Source: Bispira polyomma (taxonomy: Eukaryota). From it: a DNA stretch of 64,000 bases. A program made the translations under genes and the position numbers. The notes under the pieces are model-generated. The model was not told the origin of the DNA. It saw nothing but the letters and a program-made list of their open reading frames with translations, and made no database searches. Where the stretch lies: positions 64,294,001-64,358,000 of the forward strand of contig OZ287749.1 in assembly GCA_965649765.1 (NCBI GenBank), read 5' to 3'. Below, one piece after another: positions 38,826 to 54,243 of this stretch. The stretch's first letter is position 1. Every line of letters starts with the position of its first letter.

Positions 38826-41479
38826 TAGTCTTGTCTGCCTTGCCTCTTAATTTAATGCTCATGAAATATCACCTAGCATTTTCTCTTCCTTAAGGCATCC
38901 ATATTATATTTGCTTGTGTTTTTCCCAATGTAAATTTTTGGATATTTTAAAGATTAGCCTAAAATACTAGTATTTCTGAATATTTTGTTTTATTTTTCTT
39001 TAATTTTTTGGGGGGACATTGCATTTCGCAACATACACACACACATACATCCATACAGCTAAAAAAACAGAAGTAAAAGTAAAACTATTTTAGACTTAAG
39101 GCCCAAACTTTAAGGCCAGCCTTAAAACTAAGCATCTTGTTTTGTGTGCAAGTGGTTGTCATGGAAATTGGTCAGTTTTTATCAGTGAGGCTTGGTGAAT
39201 AAACTTGGCTCCCTAATGAAGTAAAAGTGACAGTTTTCGTAGAAACATATGGGATTGGGTCAAAATTCCAAACCAATTTTGTCATTATCCTATTGCCTCA
39301 AGTTTGATTGTTGACTTAAAATATATAAACGGATGCTGGGTTTTAACAATTGATTAATTTTTGAAATATGTAAACTTTACATGCATTAAGTGATTTAAGA
39401 AAACAAATAATAAAATTTAATTTAAATTAAATGTGGCAGGTGAAAACACGTTACCTAATAACAATCAGAGCTCCCCCAAAGATAGATAAAATCCAGGGAG
39501 TTTGCATAAAGGGGGCAACGATTCCGGAAGTTTTCATCAAAAGCCAGTTGAAAAAGTATCCAAACTGCACCAATAGATCTTCAGTTGGGGCTTCATTAAA
39601 TGCACTTCATTTCATTTATTTAATCAAAATCACAAGAGTAGCATAAAAATAGCTGCATGTTTTTTGGCCAATGTGCTAAATCATTTTCTATTTAGATTGG
39701 CAAATTTGTAGGCATCTTTTAGGCAACAGTTGATATATTCCACATATATTGATCAACAGTTAGAATATATCTTCAATAAATAAAAACAATCTGGATGTTT
39801 CTAAAAAAATGCATTGTACAAAGTAAAAATGCTTTGGTTGATTTACCAAAAATTGGATTGGAGATTGCATATAAATACTTGTGTCTCCAATATTTAGTTT
39901 GATACTTTGACTATAAAACTTCCATTTCTGTCTCTATTGCATTCTATTATTGTTTATCTTTTTGTTTTTGTTTCGCACAATGCACTGAAGCTGTGCATTG
40001 AGTCTGTGTCAAAGCAATCTTTGGTAACACACCCACGTGATCTAAATAGGAGATTCAAGGCCAAAACCTACCACTTTTGTTCCCCCAACAATTGTGTATC
40101 TCCTTTTCAAATGGCAGCAAGTTTCATTGGTACTCAAAATATTAATTTGCCCCATGAAGCTTTCTATCAAAATTAGCTCCTACATTATGTAACATACTCC
40201 TAAATTCCTTCTTCAATACACTATTAATCAATACACCAGCAAACATTTCTCCAGACTTTTGATCACCAAATAGGCTATATACAAGAGTGAGATGCCATGA
40301 TATCAGTTAGCTGACTCCATGGGGAAGCTGGTAATTTCTTTGGTCTAACTATGTGTTTTTAATACAGCCTAGTCACCTTGTTCCGGTATACTGTTACATT
40401 TATGTACTGAAAAAAGATTTTCTTGGGTGTGTTGTCTGTAGAGCATATATCACTTTGCATAACACAGTACAAAAAGTTTGTTTTTAATTCCTTGCACCCT
40501 TCATCCAGATCAACTTAGATGCATCTTTGTCTTTGTCCCACGCTTCCCCTAGATCTCAGGTAGTTTTTGTGTAATCCTCCTGAGAACAAAAAATCAACCT
40601 CTTAAAAACAAATATTTTACTTATCAAGTGGTTTAAAAAGGACGGCTTTGACACATTTTTAATCAAATTTAAAGAATTTATGTATAGATGTACAAAAGAT
40701 TGCAACAAAGATTGGAATTTGTAAATAAACTACTCCAAACAGAATCAGCTTTCATTACATAAACTTCAACTTATTCAGTTAATAATTCACTGGTCATAAG
40801 TTAAAGACGGGTTTAAAAAGGACGATTGTCTTAAAATGAGGGTAAAATAAGATACGCTAACACATGAATCATATTTAAAATGTCTTTCATCAATCTAGTA
40901 TAAATCAAACATCATGCAAACAGTATATTTAATTTCACATTGGTCATTTTGAGTCATTAAAATTGGCCTTTTTCTGCACATAATACTGTATTTTGTAGAT
41001 TCCTTTAGACGGATTCCCTATCTGCTCTCACAGAGTTGTTCCCCTGGGACATAAGCTGCCTTCCATTACAAACAACTGTCAGGGTTCATATGTTCAAAGG
41101 ATGGTTGTGCTGTATGAAAGACGATATGGTTCAGGGAGTTTTTTTTTGGATGCCAATGCCTCATACTATCAGCATAGCAAAAAAAAAGGGTCTTGTATAA
41201 ACTCATCAACACAGATATAGCTGAAAGTGATGTGAAACTCTACCTAAATAAAAATAATGTATTACATCATTCTAATAACAATTATAATTGCTCAAGCTAA
41301 ACTGTTAGCAATGGACGCATGGTGACCATTTCCGTGAGTATCCACACAGGTGGGTTTTTTTCTGATGACGTTTGTAACAATGTACCAAGGGAATCTATCT
41401 CAATTCACCACAGTCAGATGGTAATCATGGTTGTTTCTTAAATGCTAACAACAAAGATAAGGCAACATTCAAATGACTT

Positions 41480-44400
41480 CTAAATGCAAAGCTACATTCT
41501 CCCCAAGAGGCTTCTGTTGCTGATCTACTTTTTTAGGCTAAAATGCAAAGTATGGTCAGTTTTTTATCACTGGGGCTGTGAGTAAATGTTGCTCCCTAAT
41601 GAGCTAGTTTCTCCAGTACAAACATATGGGATCAGCTAAGAAATTCGGTTCTCTGCAGTATTGCCTACTTTGGTTGTAAACTTACACTTTTAGTATCTAT
41701 ATATTCTGTGTTTATGGGGGTTTTCTACTCATAGTAGAAATACATTTGCAAGTATTATGGCAATATTATGTATATTGTGACAAGTATCCTTGTAATATAT
41801 GGTGTTATATGTACGTTCTTTTAAGAACAAGAACCACATTAATAATGATTTTCAAAGTTTTAGCAAAAAGAATGAAACTCATCCGAAAGATTCTGAAAAA
41901 AAAGTAGAAAACTCCATTAGGCACAACTAAGTGACTTTGTACGAAAAGACCAAGAATCTACAATGTTTTACAAAAATAAAGTTGGTTTCTTTTAGGGGTC
42001 CATTAAAAAGTGTGCCTTTTCATTTGCCAGATTGGGGTTTCAAGACATTTACTAAATGCACCCCATTTGATTTATATTCAATAAATGACAGTAGCTTAGA
42101 TAGCAAGTAGTATTGACTGTCCTTAGACTAAAAGCATTTACGCTGAATTAGTTGTAAGGCAGTATTAAATAGTGTTGTTTATCTATGCTCTTTAAAAATG
42201 TACAAAAATGTAATGTGCACTTGGTGAGCTTTGAAAAAAAAAGTCAATGTCACTGTGTGACTTTAAGAGAGTAGGAAACTGTAATGAGAATGGAGCTTGC
42301 AAATAGATTTTATGAACCCATTGTTACATCAGGGATTCTCAGTAAAGGCTGAATGATTTGTTATTAGCTACTTTTTGTTATTACTACACTATCACCATTA
42401 CATTACCTAAAGCAAGATTATAACGTGTTTAGTCTTATGGTAAATCTTGTGTTTACCTTCACAATGCAGTGACAATGTTTTATCAATAAAAAAGCCTGTG
42501 AGTTTCCATGAAAGGGGGACGCAATGTAATCCCTATATTACCCAAACGCAGCTAAAAACATTATGTGGGATGCCTTTTAATTTTCATTTGAGAATGTGCA
42601 CGCCGAATGTGCCATTCATGTAAATTAATAGTGAAAGCAAAGATAAGGCTTTACAGCAATGTATTTGTGCTTTCTATTGCAATTTAATTTTGCACTAATT
42701 ATAGAAATGAACAAATGAAGTTGCTCAAGGACTTTTAAAAGAAAAATCATTTTGTCATGCAATTTCCAAGGCACACAACACATGCACATAATAACTTGCA
42801 AAAAACATAGTGAATTCTGCATTCACTGCATTCAATTCTGCAGCGTATTGTTAAAATTACTTAACTTAGAGCAAATTAATTGAGCATGGTCAGTTATTGA
42901 ATACGTTTCAAAATAACATTATTTAAAAGGAAAAGACAAATAAGGGCCAATGTACAAATAAAAGATCATAATAATGTGTGTTTTGGTGTCAGTTTTAGAT
43001 CTTGTAAAAACTGGTTATCGTGTTAAGTTACTTAGTATCAGAGTACAAAACATGGCAGACAGCAAACTGGTAATGTAGTTCCAGGAATTTCAATAGCTAT
43101 TGTGTTATGAGACTCAAAACATTCCACAGCAAGTTGCTCAATGTTGGTCTGAGAGAAATTTATTGCTGATATTATAAGATTCATTTGAGTTTTTTTCTTT
43201 TTTGCCAAATTCCCAGACACCCAAACTGTAATTATGTGTGTCCTAGATTGACACCTGAAAAAAATGGCCTCAAAACCAGTAACACTTTGATTATTGGTAA
43301 TTCTGTTAATGGCAACAGTGGCATAGTGTAAAATTTAAATAAACTACTCCCTTAAATTCTCAATATACGTCAAAAAAGTATGCACATTCTGTCTTTATTT
43401 TTACAATAACATTTTATGTGGCTTCGAAAGGGATAGTGTTATTGTGCTTCAATATTTCTGTCATAAAATATGTTCAAAATGACCTTTCAGTATATAAATT
43501 GCATTTTATGACACCATCGTAGTCATCATAACCACCAAAATTAAAAACGATTGTATTACTTGAGATAAACTAAAAGATGAAACATTTCCAATATACAATG
43601 AGTTTGAAATAACAATGAAGAAAATAATCACCAAATATTACCAAAAGAGCTTTTACCTCACCAGAAGAAGATTATATAGTACGAGAGAATTGCATTTTAA
43701 ATCCTCGCATTTACATCACTCTGACTGTACAAGGTTTCTGTTTTACTGAAGTCAATTGCTGATGTTATTACTACATGCATGTATCACCACTGTCAATACC
43801 GTCTGGAGCTTTGGATGTTGGTATGCTTGTCAACCAACTTAAATCACATAGAACAGCACATCAGTCCCCAAAAATAAAAGGATTCTTTCAGGGAGAATAT
43901 TTATTTCTGGTTTATATTTGTCTTTTTATAAGTATTGCATACTTACGATGCTTATGTGCTTTGAAAACTGTGAATGGCTGTACTAGTAAATGGATTGCAT
44001 GGTTTATTTATATTTGAATGGGTTATTGTACTCAGCTAAATTCCATATAGAATGTTAAATTAGTTTTTTGGGTCCTCATGTGTAGTATTGTTTACACATT
44101 TTGCAACATAGATTTGACTCTCATCACCAAATAATAAGCAGATATGGTCTTTGTATGCTAGAGATCATGTATTGGTGCAGAAACTGATTATTGCTAATTA
44201 AGTCTGACATCCCTCAATGCATTTTATTTAATCACACCTGTACATAAGCATTAATGAATGTTAAGATCGATCATAACCAGATCCAATCAAAAAAGCATAT
44301 ATAGACATTACAAATAAATATTACATATGAAATATTTTATTATGAGTCTTGTCATATTAACTGCAACATGGCTTTGGATGAAAAGTGGTATTTATATTCC

Positions 44401-45880
44401 TTCTAAATTAAAATTACATGACAAAATTATTTCCAAGAATGACTTTCACAAAGACATTATTCAGCCTTAACTAGAATGGGCACAAATTATTCATATCATC
44501 TTTTGCTGTGAGTTTCATATATAAACTATTCTTATATATTTAACTATCATCGATACATGGAGATCAGTTCCCATCTGTCTAAGAATATCTATATTCTGAT
44601 ATCAATAACCTCGACACTAAATAGGTCTCAACTCCCAATGGTTGTCCACATACATTTAGAAATGCGCAAAGAAACAGTATTATAGCAGCTGCCTTATGTA
44701 GCTTTTTAGTTTTCGGTATAGTAATAGAAATACAATGTGCTCCCCAATACCAAATGCTAGTGCATTAGCTATAGCAATATAGACGTTCTATCCTCTTTAT
44801 TAGACAAAAAAAACAGTTATTGCCTGTTGTTTTAATATCCTTGACATGTCAACAATTATTAGCGACATTTGCATGTATAGACACACATCTCCTCTAGTCA
44901 TTTATATGCTTCCTTTCTGTTTTTTAACTCCCCCAAAGTAATAACCCCTTGTTTTATGGCTGTTGTTGTAAATGAATCCCCCCAAATAGCACTAAAAGTC
45001 CTCAAACATATCTTGATATTAAGGCAAGACTTTACGTCAATCTCATCCAAAGCATTACATATTTTGTCTTCACAGACATTATAAATTAATTATGTTATAT
45101 TTGTTTTTTGATTTATGCCCACATAAATACATTGAACTATTTAAATTAGATTTAAATATTTAAAAAAAATACAAAACAATTCAGAAATGTAGATTAACTT
45201 TGGGAGTTCATTTTGACAAATATCATGGTAAGTGTTCTGTTTTTTTCATTAGATCATATGTGAGCAACCCTGGATCCTTAATAAGTTAACACACCCTTCA
45301 AACCCCCCCCCCCCATCCCCCATCCCCTCCCCCTAAGAAATGATATGTAGGATTTGATAGTATTACTATACAGTAACATGTATTTCATGTACCAGTTATG
45401 CATACTTCAAACTTTCTGTACATAAAAGTCCATGAAATATGTTTTCATAGAATGGTGTATTTCTATCCAGATCTATATATAGGACATTGCCTAAAAAGGT
45501 GGATTAACACATACAAATGCTGTATTTTGTTTGTTAATATAGTCAATGTTTTAATGTATCAGTATCTAAGTTATATATGCTTATGCTTATATGCTTATAT
45601 AGCGCTTAATATACTAAGCGCTTAACAGTAAATGTAAACAATTTGCATAAATATTAATAATACGCCTTTCTGAATAAGTATGTCTTTAGATCTTTTTTTG
45701 AACACCAGTATAGAGTTTTGAGCTATATATATTTAAATGTAACAATAAAACTAGGCTTAAACCTAAGGTTCTGATCCATCCACTAACCCTAAAACAAATA
45801 CCACAATTAATGAGATATCATATATCATAAGAAATGTTCTTTCTTTAAGTGCCCATCTCTATTGAATTGTATCATAAAAG
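41480..45880 (+). repeat. Old tandem segmental duplication, copy 1 (pairs with 46225-49615)
   Basis: Colinear conserved blocks: 41482/46227, 41860/46617, 43731/47537, 44160/48090, 44730/48595, 45215/49077, 45760/49493, 45845/49577. Confidence 0.85.
45560..45715 (-). mobile_element. L2-clade LINE extreme 3' fragment
   Basis: Reverse strand encodes KKDLKTYLFRKAYY*, followed by an AAGCGCT-type tail; absent from duplication copy 2. Confidence 0.6.
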
Positions 45881-46224
45881 TCATTTAGGGGTTAATTTCT
45901 GCAATATAAATTTGGTTACTTTTTTATGACCAGCATGCACTAGGTAGATTTGATTATTTGAAACAAAAACATTGTTGTTATATGTATTATATAAATTTCT
46001 AGTTGAATTAACGAAGCAATATGTATGCATTTTAAATGTGATTTTTCGTATATCAAGATTGGTTTTATTCATTACATACATTCTTACATTGACATAGTTT
46101 TTAATGAAGAAAGACTCTTTGATTAATCATTTCATTTATGATTTAAAATCCCATATCTCTACTTCAAAAGTCTATAATGTCACATGCTACGTTGATTTAA
46201 CAGCAACAATAGAGATAGCTCCAT

Positions 46225-49200
46225 TCAAATGCAAAGCTACATTGTCCCTAAGGGGCTTCCATTGCTGATCTACTGTTTCAGGCTAAAATGCAAAGTCTAG
46301 TTTTTATCATTGCAAGTTTTTATCATTGCAACTGTGTCTGTAAATGTTCCCCTTTAATGAGGTAGCTTCTCCAGTACAAACATATGGGATCAGCTGAAAA
46401 TGTGCTCTCTGAAATACGCATTTCTTTTGTTGTAAAGTCATACTTTTAACAACTATTTTCTGTGCTTTTCTGTCCTTATGGAGTTGTCTTCTTATAATAA
46501 TAATACTTTTGCGTGCATATTGTAAAATGGATTACATATTTCATAATAATATTTTATAAGTATAGTATTCATGATATTTTATACAAGAACAACATACATA
46601 ATAATTGCAAGTATTTTAGCAAAAAAAAACAACACTTATCACGAAAGACTCCGGAATAAAAAAAGTGGTAAACTGCATTAGGCCCAACTAAGTGACTTTG
46701 AATGAAAAGAGCAAGGCCCTACAATGTTTTACGATAATTAAGTTAGCAACTTTTCGGGGTCTATTAAAAAAGCGTGCCTTTTCATTTGCTAGGTTTAAGT
46801 TTTTGGAGGTTTACTAAGTGCAGCCCATTTTAAGATTAAAGAGTACTTGAGAATTGTAGCTAGATCTCTGCCATTATTGTGTTAATTGTATTTGGTATTG
46901 ACATATGACAAGGTGTTATGTCAATCTGCATACTGATATTACACCGCTCACATGGGAAGTTTTGTAATATCATCAGGAACAGAGATAGCTAACCGATATT
47001 ATTGCTTCCTTCACATCTATATTCAGGAAAATTCTTATTTTTTGTTATGGCTAGAGTTGTATAAATACATATATTTTTTAGTGTTTTGTCGATCATACTG
47101 TAATCTATGTGTGTCAATAAACTCATACAAGTACATTTGTAGGGTATGTATATTTTGCAGGTAGCTATTACCATGATATCCATGGTACACTGGATAAAAA
47201 CATGTCTTGAAATCCTATAACATGAAGACATACAATAATTCCAAAGCCATATAATATATAGGTGATAATATGGGTGATATTTTGAAATCATTAATATCAC
47301 CACTCATTACTAATATTTCTAATTAATGACAAGTATAAGACTCTGTGAAAACTCTAAGCACTAGGATTGATATAGAGACCCATAAATTAACAGACCCGCA
47401 ATTTACATAGAAGATTCTACACTCATTTTAAAATAAAAGAGTTTCTTTAATGTAAAGTTATAACAACATGTATACGTACTATTGTTCCATACTTTTTTGT
47501 TTATTTCCTTAAAATAACACATCACTCCGACTTTAAAAGGTTTCTGGTTTACTGAAGCCAATTGCTGATGTTATTACTACATGATATCACCAGCTGTCAA
47601 TACCGTCGGGAGCTTCTGATCTTGGTATGCTTGTCAACCTACTTAAATCACATAGAACAGCACATCAGTCCCCAAAAATAAAAGGATTCGTTTAAGGGCA
47701 AAACATTTCAGTCTGGTTTGTACTTTTGATAAGTATTAAACTTATATCATATAATATATATATTTTTTATTAATTCTATTGTAGGTTTTAAATTTGCATG
47801 TGTTGCTTTGTGCTCTGTATTGATGTGTTGTGATAAAAGGACGAATGTTTGTACTATTAAATTTTATTAGATAATTTATCGCACAGCACGACCCAAGAGA
47901 GGTCTGCTAGTGCAGCTATACCAGTAGAAAGTTGTTGGCTACCTTAACCCCTGGTGGTAGATTTGACCAAATGAGTCACTCTGCCCATCTACCTAATACT
48001 CACCAATCAGATTACTTATCCTCTAAAAATTTACCTTCAAGATTGGAGGCTTCCATTTTAGAAAAGAATCAGGCCTAAAAAATGTTTGTTAGATGTTATG
48101 TGTTGGTGCAGAGACTGGTCATTCCTGAATAAGTTTGATATCCCCCAATGCATTTCATTTAATCACACCTGAACAAAAGTATTAATGAATCTTAATATAG
48201 ACAATTAACAGATCCATATTTCAAAAAAAGCATATTTAGATATTACAAATAAATTTTAAGATTAAATATTTTATTATGATCCTTGTCATGTTAACTGCAA
48301 CATGGCATTTGACAATACATACTATTTATATTCTTTTCAGAAAAAAACTATGCAACAAAGTGGAATTATTTCCTCAAAGACATTCGTCTGCCCTAAGAAC
48401 ATGCACAAATGATTCAATTTAAGATTTGCTGAAAATTCCATAGTTAAAGTAGTCCTTAAATTAACCCTTAACATAGTTATCGATTTGATTTAGCAATGGT
48501 TATCCATACATATTTAGAAATCCCAAAGATAAAATGATCAAGCACCGTTTTTTAAATATTTTAGTTTTCTAAATTAAGCCTGGTATTAGTATTACAAATA
48601 CAATGTGCTCTCTAATATCGGATACTTGTGAATTAGCGTTATCAATACAGACTTTCCATCCTTCATGTGGGACATAAAACCAGTCAGTTCCGATCTTTGC
48701 TGCTGTTTGAATATCCTTGACATGTCAACCATTATTAGACACATTTACATGTATACACACACAACTCCTACAGTCATGTATATGCTTCCTTTCTGTTTTC
48801 CAAACTCCCCCAAAGCAATAACCTCTTATTTTATGTCTGTTGTTGTAAATGGATCTCCCTAACATAGCACTAAATGTCCTCAAACAACTGTTGATATTGA
48901 GGCAAGTTTTTATGTATATCTCACGTAAAGCATTACATTTTTGTCTTCGCATAAACAAATCTTTTCTGAAATCTTCATAGGTGCTTTTGAATTCATGTCT
49001 ACATAAATATGTTAATAACTGGGTTTTTTAATGTGATTCAGCAGTTTATCAAAACATTAGGTTTGGGAATTTATTGTGACAAAAATTATGGTAAGCATTT
49101 TGTTTCTCATCCGATCTATGCGACTAGCCCTGGATCCATACATTAATGGGGCCTTCAACAGGCCCCCAGAACTGATACCTAGTATTTTTGAATTTGACTA

Positions 49201-49615
49201 TAAACACGAATTATTTTCCTTTCCTTTTTATTCATACTTTAAACTTCCTGACTATAAAAGACTCTTATCACTGACAGATTAAATCTTTTATTATAGCCAG
49301 GTAGCCTATTATTCTTTGAATGTATATTTTTAAGATAAAGATAAAACACGCAATAATCTCTCTACCCGACAATGATGTCCTTATCTTCTTTTGTTATATA
49401 TCTTTAATACACATCACTGGGGTAGTTTTAACTCTGTATGTCCAATATCTTTAAACTCAATAAAATCAATGTTTAAAATAAAATTGTGCTGAAACCTAAG
49501 GTTTGGGCCATATTTTCTAGTGACATTTGAAATGTCAGGAGATATAAGATAACATCCTGTCCAATGAGACAACTTCCTAAAGTGCCAATCTTCATTGTCA
49601 TTCTATCATTAGAGG
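46225..49615 (+). repeat. Old tandem segmental duplication, copy 2
   Basis: See copy 1. Confidence 0.85.
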
Positions 49616-51159
49616 CTTTCATGGCTTTGATTATGAAGTATCATTTTAGTCAATAATGATGGTGTACTAGGTCCACTTTATATAAATCCATCATCTGATT
49701 ACTATAACAAAGGAGGAGCCTATGTATTATGCCTGCGCGATTTGGTGTCACCTGGATTTAACAAAACTGGATGGATGGATGTGGCATAGAATCTAGGTCA
49801 TGGGGAAATTTGTTAAAGTTTGAAAGTGAATGCATATAGAAGGTATTATTATTGCAGTTATTGCTAGAATACTTAACAATTCTTGTTTTTCTGATAGACT
49901 GCCATAAGACACCCAAAGTTATATGTTTAACGCATTTAAGGTGAATAGGGAGTATTACCATACTGTCAAATAATGAGTAACATGAGACAAGGGATAATAA
50001 TTAGCTAAAAATTATTTAAATTACAAATAAGTGAAATAATTCATTATATAATTTGCCAGGCGAAATGCTGTCACATTATATAATGATTTCTGATAATGGT
50101 TATTATTTTAAAAGTATAAAAATTGAACAAAATCCCACAAAACTTTAGTCATTTAAACTACCCATCCTTTTGCCACAGTTGTGTAAACTATTACCCCATA
50201 AGGTCCATATGAATCATCAGTATCGGAGGTTATCAGACACTTTCCCCTGGGGGTACAGACAGACAGCCCCATTAGACAGTAGTAGAAGGCATTGCCATAT
50301 CGTATCTTCTTCAAAGATAATTGTATTCTTTGAAATGTCTCAACATATAGATGGATTTTCCACCGGGAAATATAAGGTCTTGCTAAAATGGTTGATAACT
50401 TTAAACTTGTCATGAAACCAAATCACATGATTGTTTGGCAATTATTGACAGTATTTAGAACAAATATGGTCAGACTAAACCATTTAGCCTGGTTGAAGTC
50501 TTCCCACAGTCTGTGGTTCTAAAAGTCAACGATACTGTTAACTTATCTCTGCATTACCATGTACTATGAGTTCTATCTTCTATCATATCATAAAGACAGT
50601 AGACATGCTGGAGTAATTCCTGTGCTCATTCTAATGTTTCTACAAGCTCCACAAAGGACATAACCCAGTGCTTTATATACATGCTTTTGTAACTAAAGCT
50701 CTCAAATAGCAATAATTGCCATAAAACTTGATTGTAACTTGAGCTGCAATGTGTTTTGCTACTAAGTCCACACAAATGTGATCACATGGCTGAGTGATAC
50801 TAGAAAAAAAACTGTCATTTATTACTGGTTATGTACACAAAAAAATCTCAAACAACTAGATTTGTATTCTTTTGTAAACTTTATTTTATTTTAGTATTGG
50901 TCTCTTTTGTCCAGCTAATGATTTCTGTTTTACACTCAACCTTTGCTTCCTCCTTCCATGAATCTTAATTCCCTTTTGAGTTTTGACCTTCACTTTCACA
51001 TTACATCCACATCTCCATCAAGGTCACATTGACTGGAATTTGTTTTGTTGCCACCCTCTTGCATTAGTACATGTTAAAGTTGTTGTCAATTGTTAGGAGT
51101 ATGACAGTGTAGTTTAAAATATGCATTTCAAGTGATATCTAAATTAATTAGTTCCAGTC

Positions 51160-51545
51160 TCAAACTTTTCTCCTACCTTGCTACTCGTCTTCTGTTTAGT
51201 AGCTTCAAGAGAGAAAAGATACTTTCTGTTTCTTCCGTTAAGACTGCCAAGAGGGCTCGATCTAGAGCTTTCTCAATCGATGCCCTGATTTTATGGAATT
51301 GTCTCCCAGTTGAGCTAAGATCACTATAAACACTTTTGGAGTTTAAGATAAAACTTAAAACCTATCGCTTTAAATTCACTTACCCCCTTAGTTCCCTCTC
51401 TGTATACCCCCCCCCCCCCCCATTTTCTTATGACAGGCTATGTTTTCCGGTCTCCTCAATTTGTTACTTGATTCTGTTGTTGCGCATTACAAGATGGCGC
51501 GCAACAATAATGCATGTTAAAAGTGCAAAATACAATACAATCTGA
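51160..51545 (+). mobile_element. L2-clade LINE 3' fragment
   Basis: SRAFSIDALILWNCLPVELRSL*..EFKIKLKTYRF matches the L2 ORF2 terminus RAFSxxAPxLWNxLPxxxR..FKxxLKTxLF; ends in an (AATAC)n tail. Confidence 0.8.
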
Positions 51546-53174
51546 TCAGATTCCAACAATCCACATAATAACCATGATATATTACAACCTTTAAGTACAC
51601 ATTTAAATTACTACTCTTGCCCACTTAAACATTGCAGGTTTTTTCAACTGTGGAACCAGGACAGTCCTAGATTATCTGCATACAGTGAATTCCCTGGATA
51701 TTTATGCATCATAACAGGCATTTCAAAATGCACACAGAACTAGGAAGTCTCTGTTTCTCTGTATTACTGCTATTTTCGCTTTTCATTCTGGAGGATGGGA
51801 GTATGAGCATTTGCTTTGTTGGGGAGATTTGGCCAGATCAACACATCTTGTCCAATTGCTTTAAGACTGATATTTTAATATTTATTGATATATGCAGTTG
51901 TTTTTTAACTTACTAACAAACTGATTTATATTTACATGACATGCATATTAGGAAGATACATATGTATATATATTACTAGATACTTACAAATGTATTGGTT
52001 TAATTTTGTCTCAATTTCCTATTTCTTTTCCTTTAAAATCCAAAAATGTACTCGCTTAACACAAGAAAATAAAGGTTTTTCGAGTTAACTAGGCCCACTA
52101 ATGAGGTTGTAACACTACTAGATAGATAGATATATATGTATGTATATGTGAACTGGTCCACAATCAATGAGGTATATTTACTTTAAGTCAACCCTTGCTT
52201 AAGTCTTGTTTGGGCTTTTAATAATATTATCCACTTTGTTTTAATAATACATTGACATAAACATGTTTCTAACATGTTTTACTTTCATTCAAAAGATATT
52301 AGTTTAAAATATAAAGTACACCCATGGAACACAGTTGTCAGTGTCATGATAAGGCTATGGCTATTGTTTTGGGTTATCCATAGACAGAGGAAATTTAGGA
52401 AGAAATGTCATTACACAGAACCCAGATATATTGCACGGAAGAGTCAAGAAGCTCAAGTATTTCATCAAATTGAAGTTGAAAGTGTTTTTTTCTGTGGGAT
52501 AAAAAAAGAATTGCCATTTCCTCACAAGTTTGGGATTCTTTAAAAGATACCACGTTGTATTTGTTTTGTTTGAATGGAGTGAACAGAGTGAAAGGATGGG
52601 GACACATAGTATGGGGATGTATACTGCTGACATATTAAGATTTATATTTATGGTATCTACAGTATTTTCACATTTAAATACCAAGTTACTTAGTACATAT
52701 GCTTATCAGTATATCAGTATAAACATTGAAAGATAATAATCACACCAACAAAATACTGTTGGCATATCAAGATGCATATTTATGGTATCAACAATATTAC
52801 TACATTTTAATACCAAGTTAGATAGAACATATGCTTATCAGTATATAATATATGAATATTTAAAGATAAAAATTACATAAATAATATCTATTAATACACA
52901 AATATGTGCTGCTGTGAGTTGTTAAATGCTAAATGCAAAAAGCAGTTTATCTGTAATTACTTTATACACGAAATACTATAATTGTTTAAACTTTAATGGT
53001 TTTAAGTGTTCCATTATCCCTATATATATGTCTAGATTCCCATTTAAAAAATCTAATGCACTTCAAAAAAAGGTCTAACTACTATATCCCAGCCCCCTTC
53101 ACCAAAAGAAAAATGGAAATTTAAAAAAAATTTGTAAAAGATAATCCATAGTTTCAAGGGTAGCCTTCTATATC

Positions 53175-53435
53175 TATGTCAGCATGTGACGTCTGATTAC
53201 AACCACGTCACAAGGTCACGTGATTACATGTCAATTCGTTTTGATCAGCTGTATTTGACCAATCCCCCTCCTCATTCACCCGTAGAGACGACATTGCCAA
53301 ACAAACATGTCTGAGCCCGGGATTTTTTCACTCAAACAGACGACATTTCATCTCGGGTCTATTTTAGCTGAAAAGCCCCGAAATGGAAAAAGTTGTTGTA
53401 TGTGACCATACAAGAGGAGTGACGTGACTAGTTTT
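53175..53435. promoter_or_regulatory. Possible promoter/enhancer: cluster of CRE-like, E-box and CCAAT motifs in a CpG-retaining patch
   Basis: TGACGTC, CACGTCA, GGTCACGTGA, CAGCTG, ACCAATC and GTGACGTGAC within ~260 bp; motif evidence only. Confidence 0.35.
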
Positions 53436-54243
53436 ATCAGAGGTCTCAGGAATGGAAGGGGGATTATTTGTAAAAAAGTAACCTTTAAATACAGGATCAA
53501 AATATAGACCACCAATCGTTTTCCTCCTGTGTGCTTTCTCCAGATAACCTAGTTTATTGAAATAAAAAAACTATATACAAGTGTAAACAAAGGTATTATA
53601 TTTTGAACACAGGTTTGTACTCAAGTCATCAATTACAAGGATTTAGAATTTATATCTATGACATGTTAAAATGCAAGAATTCTCAAAAGGTACATAACCT
53701 CAACTGCAAAATATCTGTAAACAACAAGTTTCTGATTTAGTGACATGTTCTTATTTTATCATTATTACAATTGAAGAGATCAAGACGTTCAAATACAATC
53801 ATACTTATATCATAACGTCTGTCTGGACCAAAAGCTATTATCTATCAAAACCAAACATTCTTGTTCTCTTATTTTGTAGTTATAATAGTAATAAATTCTT
53901 CTTCACTATTCTACTAAAGTTTTTGGGTCATGTATGCAGTGTGGATGGATTTGTGTGTGTATTGGGTGGTGTTATCCATTCAAAGGATAGTTGTCCTTTC
54001 TTTATGTCTTTTCTAGTTGTTAATTAGGAACACATACTTGTTTACTGAAAACCAAGCCACATCCCTGCCATTGTGTAACCAAAGGTAGCACTTGTTCAGT
54101 TAAATAACCATACATGGACAGCTTAACAACCAAGGACTTTGTCTCCCATATGACATCAGACAAAGTTGCTCCTTTTGTGTTCTCTTTCATTGGTGTTAAG
54201 AAGTGTTTTGCCAGTAGGTTTCTGTCTTTGTTTTTCCTCCGCA

